DNA of 64,000 nucleotides from Thiobacillus sp. GTDB taxonomy: Bacteria; Pseudomonadota; Gammaproteobacteria; Burkholderiales; Thiobacillaceae. The translations under genes and the position numbers were made by a program. The stretch spans positions 9,441-73,440 of the forward strand of contig JANJWF010000011.1 of NCBI GenBank assembly GCA_024709685.1, read 5' to 3'. The notes under the pieces were generated by a model. That model worked only from the letters and a program-made list of their open reading frames with translations. It had not been told where the DNA came from and did not search any database. The first letter of the stretch is position 1; the number at the start of each line of letters is the position of its first letter. Below, one piece after another: positions 51,572-60,349 of this stretch.

Positions 51572-52344
51572 GCACGATGACCACCCTGTTTGGCGGCCTT
51601 GCGGCTGTCCTGGTGCTGTATGCGGCCGGCGGCGCATTTCGTGGCGTGCCGCCGATTCTGCGCACCGTGCTGGCGGGCGTCGTCCCGCTGGTCGCCTATT
51701 TCGTGCTCATCATCGGCCGCTGGCCGGGCCTCGATGTAGCCGCCATCCATATTTCCGTCTATCTTGCCGCCGCGCTGGTTCTGTTTGCCCTGACGCAGTT
51801 TCGCCAGCGCAGCGCCGGGCGCATGCACTGGGCCCCCAAACTGCTGATCACCTTTTTCGTCGGCCTGGTCTTCATCAACGCGATCCTGTTGCACATCGCG
51901 ACCAAGGGCTTGCCCGCGCCCATCGCGCGCTGGTGGCTCGGCGGCCACGGCAGCACGGTTTACAGCGGGTTTTCCGGGGTGGTTCCGCATGACCGGGGGG
52001 CGGCCAAGGCGGTCTCGTCTGAACTTTCGCAGGCGCATCGTGAATCCCAGGTGGGCTGGCAAGTCGAAGTCAGCGGGCTGGACGGCGAAGGCATGACGCG
52101 CCCGCTGCAGGTCCGTGTCAGGGACCGCACCGGTCTGCCGGTCGAGCGTATCGAAGCCCAATTGCAGGTGTCCCGCCCCGGCGCGGCAGCGCCTGCCGTG
52201 ATGCTGCCCCTCGAGGCCATCGAGGCGGGGGTGTACATCGGGGCGCTCACCCTGCCTGCGGCGGGCCGCTGGCTGGCCGAATTGCGCTTGATGCAGGGCG
52301 GCGAGCTGCGCTACCAGACTACCCTTGAACTGGCTGCACCATGA
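51568..52344 (+). CDS. ccoH: FixH/CcoH family protein with extended N-terminal membrane region
   Basis: HWAPK.TM, SQVGWQ and G.Y.G...LP..GRW FixH-like C-terminus; follows ccoG. Confidence 0.8.
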   Translation: MSTMTTLFGGLAAVLVLYAAGGAFRGVPPILRTVLAGVVPLVAYFVLIIGRWPGLDVAAIHISVYLAAALVLFALTQFRQRSAGRMHWAPKLLITFFVGLVFINAILLHIATKGLPAPIARWWLGGHGSTVYSGFSGVVPHDRGAAKAVSSELSQAHRESQVGWQVEVSGLDGEGMTRPLQVRVRDRTGLPVERIEAQLQVSRPGAAAPAVMLPLEAIEAGVYIGALTLPAAGRWLAELRLMQGGELRYQTTLELAAP

Positions 52345-52526
52345 GCGGGGTATTGGTTTTCCTGTTCCTGTTGTCGGGGGTATTCGTACTGCTGATCGTC
52401 CTGGGCGTCTTCTGGTCGATCAAGAGCGGCCAGTTCGACGACCTGGAAGGGCCGGCCGCGCGCATCCTGATGGATGACGACGACCCGCTGTTGCCGACCC
52501 GCCGCTTGAACAGCAAGGACGAATAA
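52341..52526 (+). CDS. ccoS: cbb3-type oxidase assembly protein CcoS
   Basis: FWSIKSGQFDDLEGPAARILMDDD. Confidence 0.93.
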   Translation: MSGVLVFLFLLSGVFVLLIVLGVFWSIKSGQFDDLEGPAARILMDDDDPLLPTRRLNSKDE

Positions 52527-52559
52527 TTTAAAATTCAACGACTTTATGGAGTTCGCGCG

Positions 52560-52667
52560 ATGAAACAGCTTCTGACTTTTCAGGGTTTCCCCATGGTGGT
52601 TGTATGGATCTTGGTCGCCTGGGCGTGGTTCAGCATTTTTTCAGTCCTGATCGGCTCGCTTTTTTGA
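52560..52667 (+). CDS. Putative 35-aa hydrophobic small protein (absent from the ORF track)
   Basis: GGAG RBS; MKQLLTFQGFPMVVVWILVAWAWFSIFSVLIGSLF; ends just before the terminator. Confidence 0.55.
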   Translation: MKQLLTFQGFPMVVVWILVAWAWFSIFSVLIGSLF

Positions 52668-52671
52668 TTGT

Positions 52672-52717
52672 CCCCAAATAAGAAAGCCCCGCATTTGCGG
52701 GGCTTTCTTATTTGGGG
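52672..52717. terminator. Bidirectional terminator between the cco operon and rpoH
   Basis: 21-bp perfect stem CCCCAAATAAGAAAGCCCCGC-ATTT-GCGGGGCTTTCTTATTTGGGG between convergent genes. Confidence 0.88.
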
Positions 52718-52723
52718 CGGTCG

Positions 52724-53569
52724 TTATGCAGGGATCACGGCGCGCATTTTTTGCAGGGCGCGGGCCTCGATCTGGCGGATGCGCTCGGCGGAAACGCCGT
52801 ACTCTGCGGCAAGTTCGTGCAGGGTTGCGGCCTCGCCCTCGGTCAGCCAGCGTGCCTTGATGATGCGGCGGCTGCGTTCGTCGAGGTTTTCCAGTGCAGT
52901 AACAAGCCCGGAATGGCGCAGGCGTTCGGTCTGCTCGCGTTCCAGCAGTTGTGCCGGATTTTCGTCCGGGCTCGCCAGATAAGCGAGCGGACTGTAGCTT
53001 TCCTCGCCGTCATCCACCGTCGGGTCGATGGAAACATCGTGGCCGGACAGCCGGGTCTCCATTTCCAGCACGTCCTTGCGGCTGACATTGAGCTCGCGCG
53101 CCATGGCATCGGCCTGTTCGATCGTCAACGTATTGAGCGATTGCTTCAGGCTGCGCAGGTTGAAGAACAGCTTTCGCTGGGCCTTGGTCGTCGCAACCTT
53201 GACCAGGCGCCAGTTCCTCAGGACATACTCGTGGATTTCGGCGCGAATCCAGTGCAGGGCGAATGAAACCAGGCGCACGCCGCGGTCCGGATCGAACCGT
53301 TTCACCGCCTTCATCAGACCGACGTTGCCTTCCTGGATGAGGTCGGCCTGGGGCAGCCCGTAGCCAAGATAATGGCGCGATATACTGACCACCACGCGAA
53401 GATGTGAGACCACGAGTTGGCGCGCCGCCTCGACGTCCTGCTGGTCGTGCCAGGCGCGCGCCAGGCGCTGCTCGTCTTCCAGGGTGAGCAGCGGATAACG
53501 GTTGACGGTCTGGATATAGCTCTCCAGGCTGTAAGCCGCTGGTATGGGTAAGGATATGGCTTGATTCAT
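52724..53569 (-). CDS. rpoH: RNA polymerase sigma-32 factor
   Basis: DLIQEGNVGLMKAVKRFDP, RpoH box QRKLFFNLR, GVSAERIRQIE; downstream of ftsX. Confidence 0.96.
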   Translation of the reverse strand: MNQAISLPIPAAYSLESYIQTVNRYPLLTLEDEQRLARAWHDQQDVEAARQLVVSHLRVVVSISRHYLGYGLPQADLIQEGNVGLMKAVKRFDPDRGVRLVSFALHWIRAEIHEYVLRNWRLVKVATTKAQRKLFFNLRSLKQSLNTLTIEQADAMARELNVSRKDVLEMETRLSGHDVSIDPTVDDGEESYSPLAYLASPDENPAQLLEREQTERLRHSGLVTALENLDERSRRIIKARWLTEGEAATLHELAAEYGVSAERIRQIEARALQKMRAVIPA

Positions 53570-53597
53570 GCTGGTAAAAACTCCCTTGAAAAGCATT

Positions 53598-53624
53598 CTA
53601 GCACTCACCGGTTGAGAGTGCTAA
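53598..53624. promoter_or_regulatory. CIRCE element (HrcA operator) upstream of rpoH
   Basis: CTAGCACTC-accggttga-GAGTGCTAA, one mismatch to the TTAGCACTC-N9-GAGTGCTAA consensus. Confidence 0.92.
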
Positions 53625-53664
53625 GGGCGGGGGAGGGTTCCGCAGCGCGGTAAAAAGCGTGGAA

Positions 53665-54573
53665 TCAAGCTGCCGAGTCGGCCAGGCGCAGGGTTCGCGA
53701 GACCGTGAGCCAGGCACCGAGCCAGCCAAATAGGGTGGTCAGGCCGAGCACGCCGACAATCTCGATCACGGTCGGCGGAAGCAGGTGAAAGCTGGAGCCG
53801 TACAGGGCGGCCAGGCGCTCGACCGGCGCGCGCAATATCACGCCCACCACGGCCAGCACGACGCCCGCTGCCAGCCCGCCCAGAAGGCCCTGCAGCGCCC
53901 CCAGATACAGGAACGGGCGCCGGATGTGGCGGTCCGTTGCCCCGATCAGCCGGCTGATTTGTATTTCGTTGTGGCGAGCCAGCACCTGCGCGCGGATGGC
54001 ATTGCCCGAGATCGCGGTGAGCGCGATCGCAAACAGACCGGCCAGCACCCAGACCACGGTGCGTCCAAGCGCGAGCGCGGCCTGCAGACGGCCGGCCCAC
54101 TGGCTGTCGAGATGGGTCTCCGCGACCCCCGGCAGTTTGTCCAGGTCGAGCGCGAGCCGGTCCAGTTGCTCGCGCGAGCTTGCGTGCGGTCGCACCACCC
54201 AGGCATCGGGCAGCGGGTTCTGCGCCAGGCCGGCGGCAATGTCGGCCAAATCCTGCGCTGCGCTGAGCGTCGCCAGGGCTTCCTCCTTGGGCACGTAGCG
54301 AGCTTGGGCAATATCGGACTGCTTGAGCCGGGTGGCGATCGCTGCCCTGTCGGCGGCCGCCGTGTCGCCATCGAGAAACACGCTGATTTCCGGGCTGGCC
54401 GGCAGATTGCCCGCGAGGCGGTTCAGGGTCCCGAGCCCCAGATAAAGTGCGCTCGGCAGGCTGACGGCCACCCCCATGGCGAGTGCCGCGAGCAGGGTGG
54501 CAACCGGCTGTGCAAGCAGGCGCCGCTGGGCGGCGAGCAGTGCCTGCGTTTGATGGCGCAGCCAGCCGATCAC
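53665..54573 (-). CDS. ftsX: Cell division permease FtsX
   Basis: 4-TM layout, NPLPDA, EIQISRLIGAT..IRRPFLY.G. Confidence 0.93.
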   Translation of the reverse strand: MIGWLRHQTQALLAAQRRLLAQPVATLLAALAMGVAVSLPSALYLGLGTLNRLAGNLPASPEISVFLDGDTAAADRAAIATRLKQSDIAQARYVPKEEALATLSAAQDLADIAAGLAQNPLPDAWVVRPHASSREQLDRLALDLDKLPGVAETHLDSQWAGRLQAALALGRTVVWVLAGLFAIALTAISGNAIRAQVLARHNEIQISRLIGATDRHIRRPFLYLGALQGLLGGLAAGVVLAVVGVILRAPVERLAALYGSSFHLLPPTVIEIVGVLGLTTLFGWLGAWLTVSRTLRLADSAA

Positions 54574-55232
54574 GCCGACACCTCCGTGACCTTGCCGTGA
54601 TCCAGTTTCAGCGCGCGGCCGCCGAGCGCTATGATCGCCCGGTCATCGTGCGTGGCGATCACCAGTGTGGTGCCAACCTGATTGAAGTCACGGAACATGG
54701 TCATGATGTCGGCGGCGTAGCCGGCGTCGAGGTTCCCGGTCGGCTCATCGGCCAGCAGCAGGGCGGGGCGGCTCACCAGCGCGCGTGCGATGCACAGGCG
54801 CTGCTGCTCGCCCCCGGAGAGGCTGATGGGGTTGGCCTTCTCGCGCTGCAGCAGGCCGACCTTGTCGATCACTGCACGCGCGCGCCTGAGTGCCTCGCGA
54901 CGGTCGAATCCGGCGATGTCGAGCGGCAGCAATACGTTTTCGATCACGTTGCGGTCGAACAGCAGTTTGTGATCCTGGAATACCAGGCCGATATTGCGCC
55001 GCAGATAGGGGATGGCGTGCCGCGACAGGCGGCCGACGTTCTGGCCGCTGACGGACACCATCCCGCTGGTGGGCCGTTCGATGGCGGCGATGAGCTTCAA
55101 GAGCGTGCTCTTGCCCGCTCCGGAATGCCCCGTCAGAAAAACCAGTTCGCCCTGTTCGATAGAGAAATTGACGCCGGACAGCGCCTCGTTGCCGCCCGGA
55201 TAGCGCTTGGTGACCTGGCTGAAGCTGATCAT
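54570..55232 (-). CDS. ftsE: Cell division ATP-binding protein FtsE
   Basis: [32 protein letters not shown]. Confidence 0.95.
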   Translation of the reverse strand: MISFSQVTKRYPGGNEALSGVNFSIEQGELVFLTGHSGAGKSTLLKLIAAIERPTSGMVSVSGQNVGRLSRHAIPYLRRNIGLVFQDHKLLFDRNVIENVLLPLDIAGFDRREALRRARAVIDKVGLLQREKANPISLSGGEQQRLCIARALVSRPALLLADEPTGNLDAGYAADIMTMFRDFNQVGTTLVIATHDDRAIIALGGRALKLDHGKVTEVSA

Positions 55233-56236
55233 GCGCTGAATACGGCCTCGACGAATTCACGCGCATCGAACGGCCGCAGATCATCCACGCTTTCACCCAC
55301 GCCGATGTAGCGCACCGGGATCGGTCGCGCCTGGGCGATGGCGGCGATTGCGCCGCCCTTGGCCGTGCCGTCGAGCTTGGTCAGCACCAGCCCCGTCACG
55401 CCGAGCGCATCGTCGAAGGCCTTGACCTGGGTAACGGCGTTCTGCCCGGTATTGGCGTCGAGCACCAGCAGAACTTCGTGCGGCGCCCCGGGCGCGGCCT
55501 TTTCGATCACACGCTTGACCTTCCTGATTTCTTCCATCAGGTGCAACTGGGTGGGCAGGCGGCCGGCGGTGTCGGCCAGCACGACGTCGATGTTGCGCGC
55601 GCGTGCGGCCTGGATGGCGTCGAAAATCACCGCAGCGGAATCGCCCTTTTCCTGGCTCACTACGGTTACGTTGTTGCGCTCGCCCCAGACCTGCAATTGC
55701 TCGCGTGCCGCGGCGCGGAAGGTGTCGCCGGCCGCCAGCAGCACCGACAGGCCCTGCGCCTGGTAAAGCTTGGCGAGCTTGCCGATGGTGGTGGTCTTGC
55801 CGGCACCGTTGACGCCGGCCAGCATGAGGATGAAGGGCTTGTGCGGGGTGACGTCGAGCGGCGCCTGCAGCGGCGTCAGCAGATCGACGAGCGCTTGCTT
55901 CAGCGCATCCTGCAGGTCGGACGCTTCGGTGAGATTTTCGCGGCGCACCTTTTTCTGTAGCGCGGCGAGCAGAGCCTCGGTTGCATCCACCCCGACATCG
56001 GCGGTAATGAGGATGGTCTCGAGTTCCTCGAACAGTTCGGCGTCGATCTTGCGGCCGACGCCAAACAAGCCGGCCAGCTGGCCGCCGAGCCGGCCGCGGG
56101 TCTTGGCAAGCCCCTGCTTCAGCCGCTGCGCCCAGCCTGGACGTGGCTCGGCTTCCCCGGGCGCCGCAGTCTCCTGCTGCGCGTCAGGGGGACGCGGCTC
56201 AGCGGCGGGCGGTTTGGGCTTGAAGAAACTAAACAC
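55229..56236 (-). CDS. ftsY: Signal recognition particle receptor FtsY
   Basis: GVNGAGKTTTIGK, DTFRAAA, DTAGR, TKLDGTAKGG. Confidence 0.96.
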   Translation of the reverse strand: MFSFFKPKPPAAEPRPPDAQQETAAPGEAEPRPGWAQRLKQGLAKTRGRLGGQLAGLFGVGRKIDAELFEELETILITADVGVDATEALLAALQKKVRRENLTEASDLQDALKQALVDLLTPLQAPLDVTPHKPFILMLAGVNGAGKTTTIGKLAKLYQAQGLSVLLAAGDTFRAAAREQLQVWGERNNVTVVSQEKGDSAAVIFDAIQAARARNIDVVLADTAGRLPTQLHLMEEIRKVKRVIEKAAPGAPHEVLLVLDANTGQNAVTQVKAFDDALGVTGLVLTKLDGTAKGGAIAAIAQARPIPVRYIGVGESVDDLRPFDAREFVEAVFSA

Positions 56237-56363
56237 GGATAAAGGCGGTCAGCACAGCTGTTTGACGGACGCTGTATCTTATCATTCGAGCATGCGACTC
56301 CACACGGGCTCAGCTTCGCAGAGAGTCGTGTCGTTTCGGATTCATTCAATCAGGGGTGGAAAC

Positions 56364-57722
56364 ATGCACAGCCTATGGGCAATTGGGTTGGCGCTGCTGG
56401 CAAGCAGCGCACAAGCGGCGTTAACCGATGTCACGCTGGACAACGGTATGCGGGTGATCGTGCACGAAGACCATCGCGCGCCGGTGATGGTGTCGCAGGT
56501 CTGGTATCGCGCCGGCGCCATGGACGAATTCAACGGCACTACCGGGGTGGCGCACGTCCTCGAACACATGATGTTCAAGGGCACGCAGAAGGTGCCCGCC
56601 GGCGAATTCTCCAAGCGCATTGCGGCGGCAGGCGGCCGTGAGAATGCCTTCACCAGCCGCGACTACACGGCGTATTTTCAGCAGATGCAGAAAGACCGGC
56701 TGGAGTTGTCGATGCAACTGGAGGCCGACCGCATGGCCAATCTCGTCATCAGCGACGAGTTGTTCGCCAAGGAAATCCAGGTGGTGATGGAGGAACGCCG
56801 GCTGCGCACCGACGACCAGCCGCAATCCGTGGTGTACGAACGGCTGATGGCGACGGCTTACCAGACGCACCCTTACCGCCGCCCCATCATCGGCTGGATG
56901 GACGATCTCGAGAACATGACCGCGCAGGACGCACGCGACTGGTATGCGCGCTGGTATGCACCCGACAATGCCACGCTCGTGGTGGCGGGAGACGTGAACG
57001 CCGACGAAGTCGTTGCGATGGCGAAACGGCATTTCGGCGCGCTGCCCGCGCGGACGCTGCCGCCGCGCAAGCCCCAGGAGGAGCCCGCCCAGATCGGCAC
57101 CAAGCGCATCGTGGTCAAGGTTCCGGCACAGCTGCCTTATCTGCTGATGGTCTGGCACGCCCCCACGCTGAAGGACTGGGAGAAGGACACTGACCCTTAC
57201 GCGTTGCAGATTCTCGCCGGCGTACTTTCCGGCAACGACTCGGCAAGGCTGCAAAAATCACTGGTTAAAACCAGGCAGATCGCGGTGAACGCGAGTGCGG
57301 GCTACGACGCCGTCACGCGCGGTCCGGGCCTGTTCATGGTCGATGCGACACCTGCGCCGGGCAAGTCGGTGGCCTTGCTGGAGAAGTCCATCCGCAACGA
57401 AATCGCCCGCATCCAGCAGGACGGCATCAGCGAGGCGGAGCTTGCGCGGGTCAAGGCGCAGGTCATCGCAGCCGACGTCTACCAGCGTGATTCGCTGTTT
57501 TACCAGGCCATGCAACTGGGCGAATACGTCAGCGTAGGATTGCCCCCCGAGGCGCTGGCACGCCGGGTGGACAGACTGCGCGCGGTGACCGCCGAAGCGG
57601 TGCAGGCCGCAGCGAAACAATGGCTGCAGGACGATCGCCTGAGCGTGGCCGAACTCGACCCTCAGCCCCTCAAGCCGCAGAAACAACGTGCCGCCATGCC
57701 GGGAGTGCGCCATGCCAATTAA
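56364..57722 (+). CDS. M16 (pitrilysin) family zinc peptidase, catalytic subunit, exported
   Basis: Signal peptide AQA-A, inverted zinc motif HVLEH, NAFTS.D.T, HPY.RP.IGW. Confidence 0.92.
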   Translation: MHSLWAIGLALLASSAQAALTDVTLDNGMRVIVHEDHRAPVMVSQVWYRAGAMDEFNGTTGVAHVLEHMMFKGTQKVPAGEFSKRIAAAGGRENAFTSRDYTAYFQQMQKDRLELSMQLEADRMANLVISDELFAKEIQVVMEERRLRTDDQPQSVVYERLMATAYQTHPYRRPIIGWMDDLENMTAQDARDWYARWYAPDNATLVVAGDVNADEVVAMAKRHFGALPARTLPPRKPQEEPAQIGTKRIVVKVPAQLPYLLMVWHAPTLKDWEKDTDPYALQILAGVLSGNDSARLQKSLVKTRQIAVNASAGYDAVTRGPGLFMVDATPAPGKSVALLEKSIRNEIARIQQDGISEAELARVKAQVIAADVYQRDSLFYQAMQLGEYVSVGLPPEALARRVDRLRAVTAEAVQAAAKQWLQDDRLSVAELDPQPLKPQKQRAAMPGVRHAN

Positions 57723-59022
57723 GACTTTCCTTGTTGCCCTGCTGCTGGGTTTGCCGCTGTCGGCGCAGGCCACGCCCGCCATCCAGCACTGGGAGACGCC
57801 GCAGGGCGCGCGAGTGTTGTTTGTCGAAAACCACCAGCTGCCGATGCTCGATATCTCGGTGGATTTCCCTGCCGGCAGCGCACGTGATCCCTCGGGCAAG
57901 GCAGGTCTCGCCCAACTGACCCATGCGCTCCTCGACCAGGGCGCGGGAGGGCTTTCCGAGACGGCGATTGCGCATCGGCTGGCCGATGTCGGTGCGGTAA
58001 TGGCGGGCAATTTCGACCGTGACCGTGCCGGCGTCACCCTGCGCACCCTGTCGTCCGCCGCCGAGAAGGATGTTGCAATCGATACGCTGACCCGCGTGCT
58101 GCAACGCCCCGATTTTCCGCAGGCGGTTGTCCAGCGCGAGAAACAGCGCCTGATTGCGGCGATCCGCGAAGCCGAGGCGGATCCGGGTACGGTTGCCGAC
58201 AAGGCGTTTTATCGTGCTCTCTACGGCACGCACCCTTACGCGCACGACGAAGCGGGCGAGCCCGCCGCCATCGAACGGCTTACGCGTGGCGATCTGCAGG
58301 CCTTCCATCGGTCACACTACAGCGCACCGAACACGGTCATTTCGCTGGTGGGCGACATCAGCCGCACCGAGGCCGAAGCCATTGCTGTCCGCCTGGCTGC
58401 GGGCTTGTCCCGCGCGGCGCCGGTTTCTGCGCTGCCGAAGCCTGTTCCGGCGGCTGTCGCCGCCGAGACGCGCATTCCTCATCCGTCCGCGCAGAGCCAT
58501 GTACTGGTGGGGGCGGTCGGCATGTCGCGCAATGACCCCGATTTCTTTCCGCTGTTTGTCGGCAACTATGTGCTGGGCGGCGGCGGCTTCGACTCGCGGT
58601 TGCTGAAGGCGGTACGCGATCAGCGCGGCTATGCCTACAGCGCATACAGCTATTTCATCCCGATGATGGAGGCGGGGCCGTTCGAGCTCGGCCTGCAGAC
58701 CAAGCTCGAGCAGACCGACGACGCGCTGGCGGTGGCGCGCGACACGCTGCGGCAGTTCATTGCAGAAGGTCCCAGTGAGGCCGAACTCATTCAGGCCAAG
58801 GCCAATCTGACCGGGGGATTTCCGCTGCGCATCGACAGCAACAAGAAGATCCTCGAGTACCTGGCAGTGATCGGCTTCTACGGGTTGCCGCTGGATTACC
58901 TGGACACCTGGGTCGACCGGGTCAAGGTCGTCGACGTGACGGCAGTCAAGCAGGCGTTTGCGCGCCGCATCGACCCTGATCGGCTGGTAACGGTGGTGGT
59001 GGGGGCGGGCGGTGCTCGCTAA
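57712..59022 (+). CDS. M16 family peptidase, non-catalytic partner subunit
   Basis: Signal peptide; GLAQLT replaces HxxEH; GGGGFDSRL...VRDQRGYAY. Confidence 0.9.
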   Translation: MPIKTFLVALLLGLPLSAQATPAIQHWETPQGARVLFVENHQLPMLDISVDFPAGSARDPSGKAGLAQLTHALLDQGAGGLSETAIAHRLADVGAVMAGNFDRDRAGVTLRTLSSAAEKDVAIDTLTRVLQRPDFPQAVVQREKQRLIAAIREAEADPGTVADKAFYRALYGTHPYAHDEAGEPAAIERLTRGDLQAFHRSHYSAPNTVISLVGDISRTEAEAIAVRLAAGLSRAAPVSALPKPVPAAVAAETRIPHPSAQSHVLVGAVGMSRNDPDFFPLFVGNYVLGGGGFDSRLLKAVRDQRGYAYSAYSYFIPMMEAGPFELGLQTKLEQTDDALAVARDTLRQFIAEGPSEAELIQAKANLTGGFPLRIDSNKKILEYLAVIGFYGLPLDYLDTWVDRVKVVDVTAVKQAFARRIDPDRLVTVVVGAGGAR

Positions 59023-59587
59023 GCGTGCATCGCCGCAGCGGGCGCATGGCGCGTCCAACTGCGTGCGCATCATCGGCGGCCAATATCGACGCCGGCTGCT
59101 GGATTTTCCCGACAGCACCGGCTTGCGCCCCACGCCCGACCGCGTCCGCGAAACCCTGTTCAACTGGCTGGGGCAGGATCTGTCCGGCTGGAACTGTCTC
59201 GATCTGTTTGCGGGCAGCGGCGCGCTCGGCTTCGAGGCCGCGTCGCGCGGCGCCGGACGGGTGGTGATGATCGAGCGGGATCGTGCCGCGCTCGCCGCGC
59301 TGGAAAAAAACCGCGCCGTGCTGGGGGCAAATCAGGTCGATATCCTGCGCGTCGATGCGCTCGCCTGGCTGGTGGGCAGCCGCGAAAGCTTTGACCTGAT
59401 TTTCGTCGATCCGCCGTTCGACAGCGGACTGACCGGGCCGCTGCTGGCCGAGCTCGGTCCTCACCTAAAAACCGGCGGCCAGGCGTATGTCGAGCAGGGG
59501 CGGGAGGTGGTCGCCCCCCCAGGGTTTATCATCCACCGCAGCGGGCGCGCGGGGCGTTCGCACTTTGCTCTGTTGGTCAAGGAATAA
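59012..59587 (+). CDS. rsmD: 16S rRNA (guanine(966)-N2)-methyltransferase
   Basis: VRIIGG, LRPTPDRVRETLFNWL, LDLFAGSGALG, DPPF. Confidence 0.95.
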   Translation: MLAKRASPQRAHGASNCVRIIGGQYRRRLLDFPDSTGLRPTPDRVRETLFNWLGQDLSGWNCLDLFAGSGALGFEAASRGAGRVVMIERDRAALAALEKNRAVLGANQVDILRVDALAWLVGSRESFDLIFVDPPFDSGLTGPLLAELGPHLKTGGQAYVEQGREVVAPPGFIIHRSGRAGRSHFALLVKE

Positions 59588-60343
<756 letters not shown>

Positions 60344-60349
60344 AAACGC

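Noticed and set aside
55770-56363. N-terminal extension of the 650-aa M16 ORF
   Set aside because: It overlaps ftsY on the opposite strand. The real start is ATG 56364, with an RBS and signal peptide.
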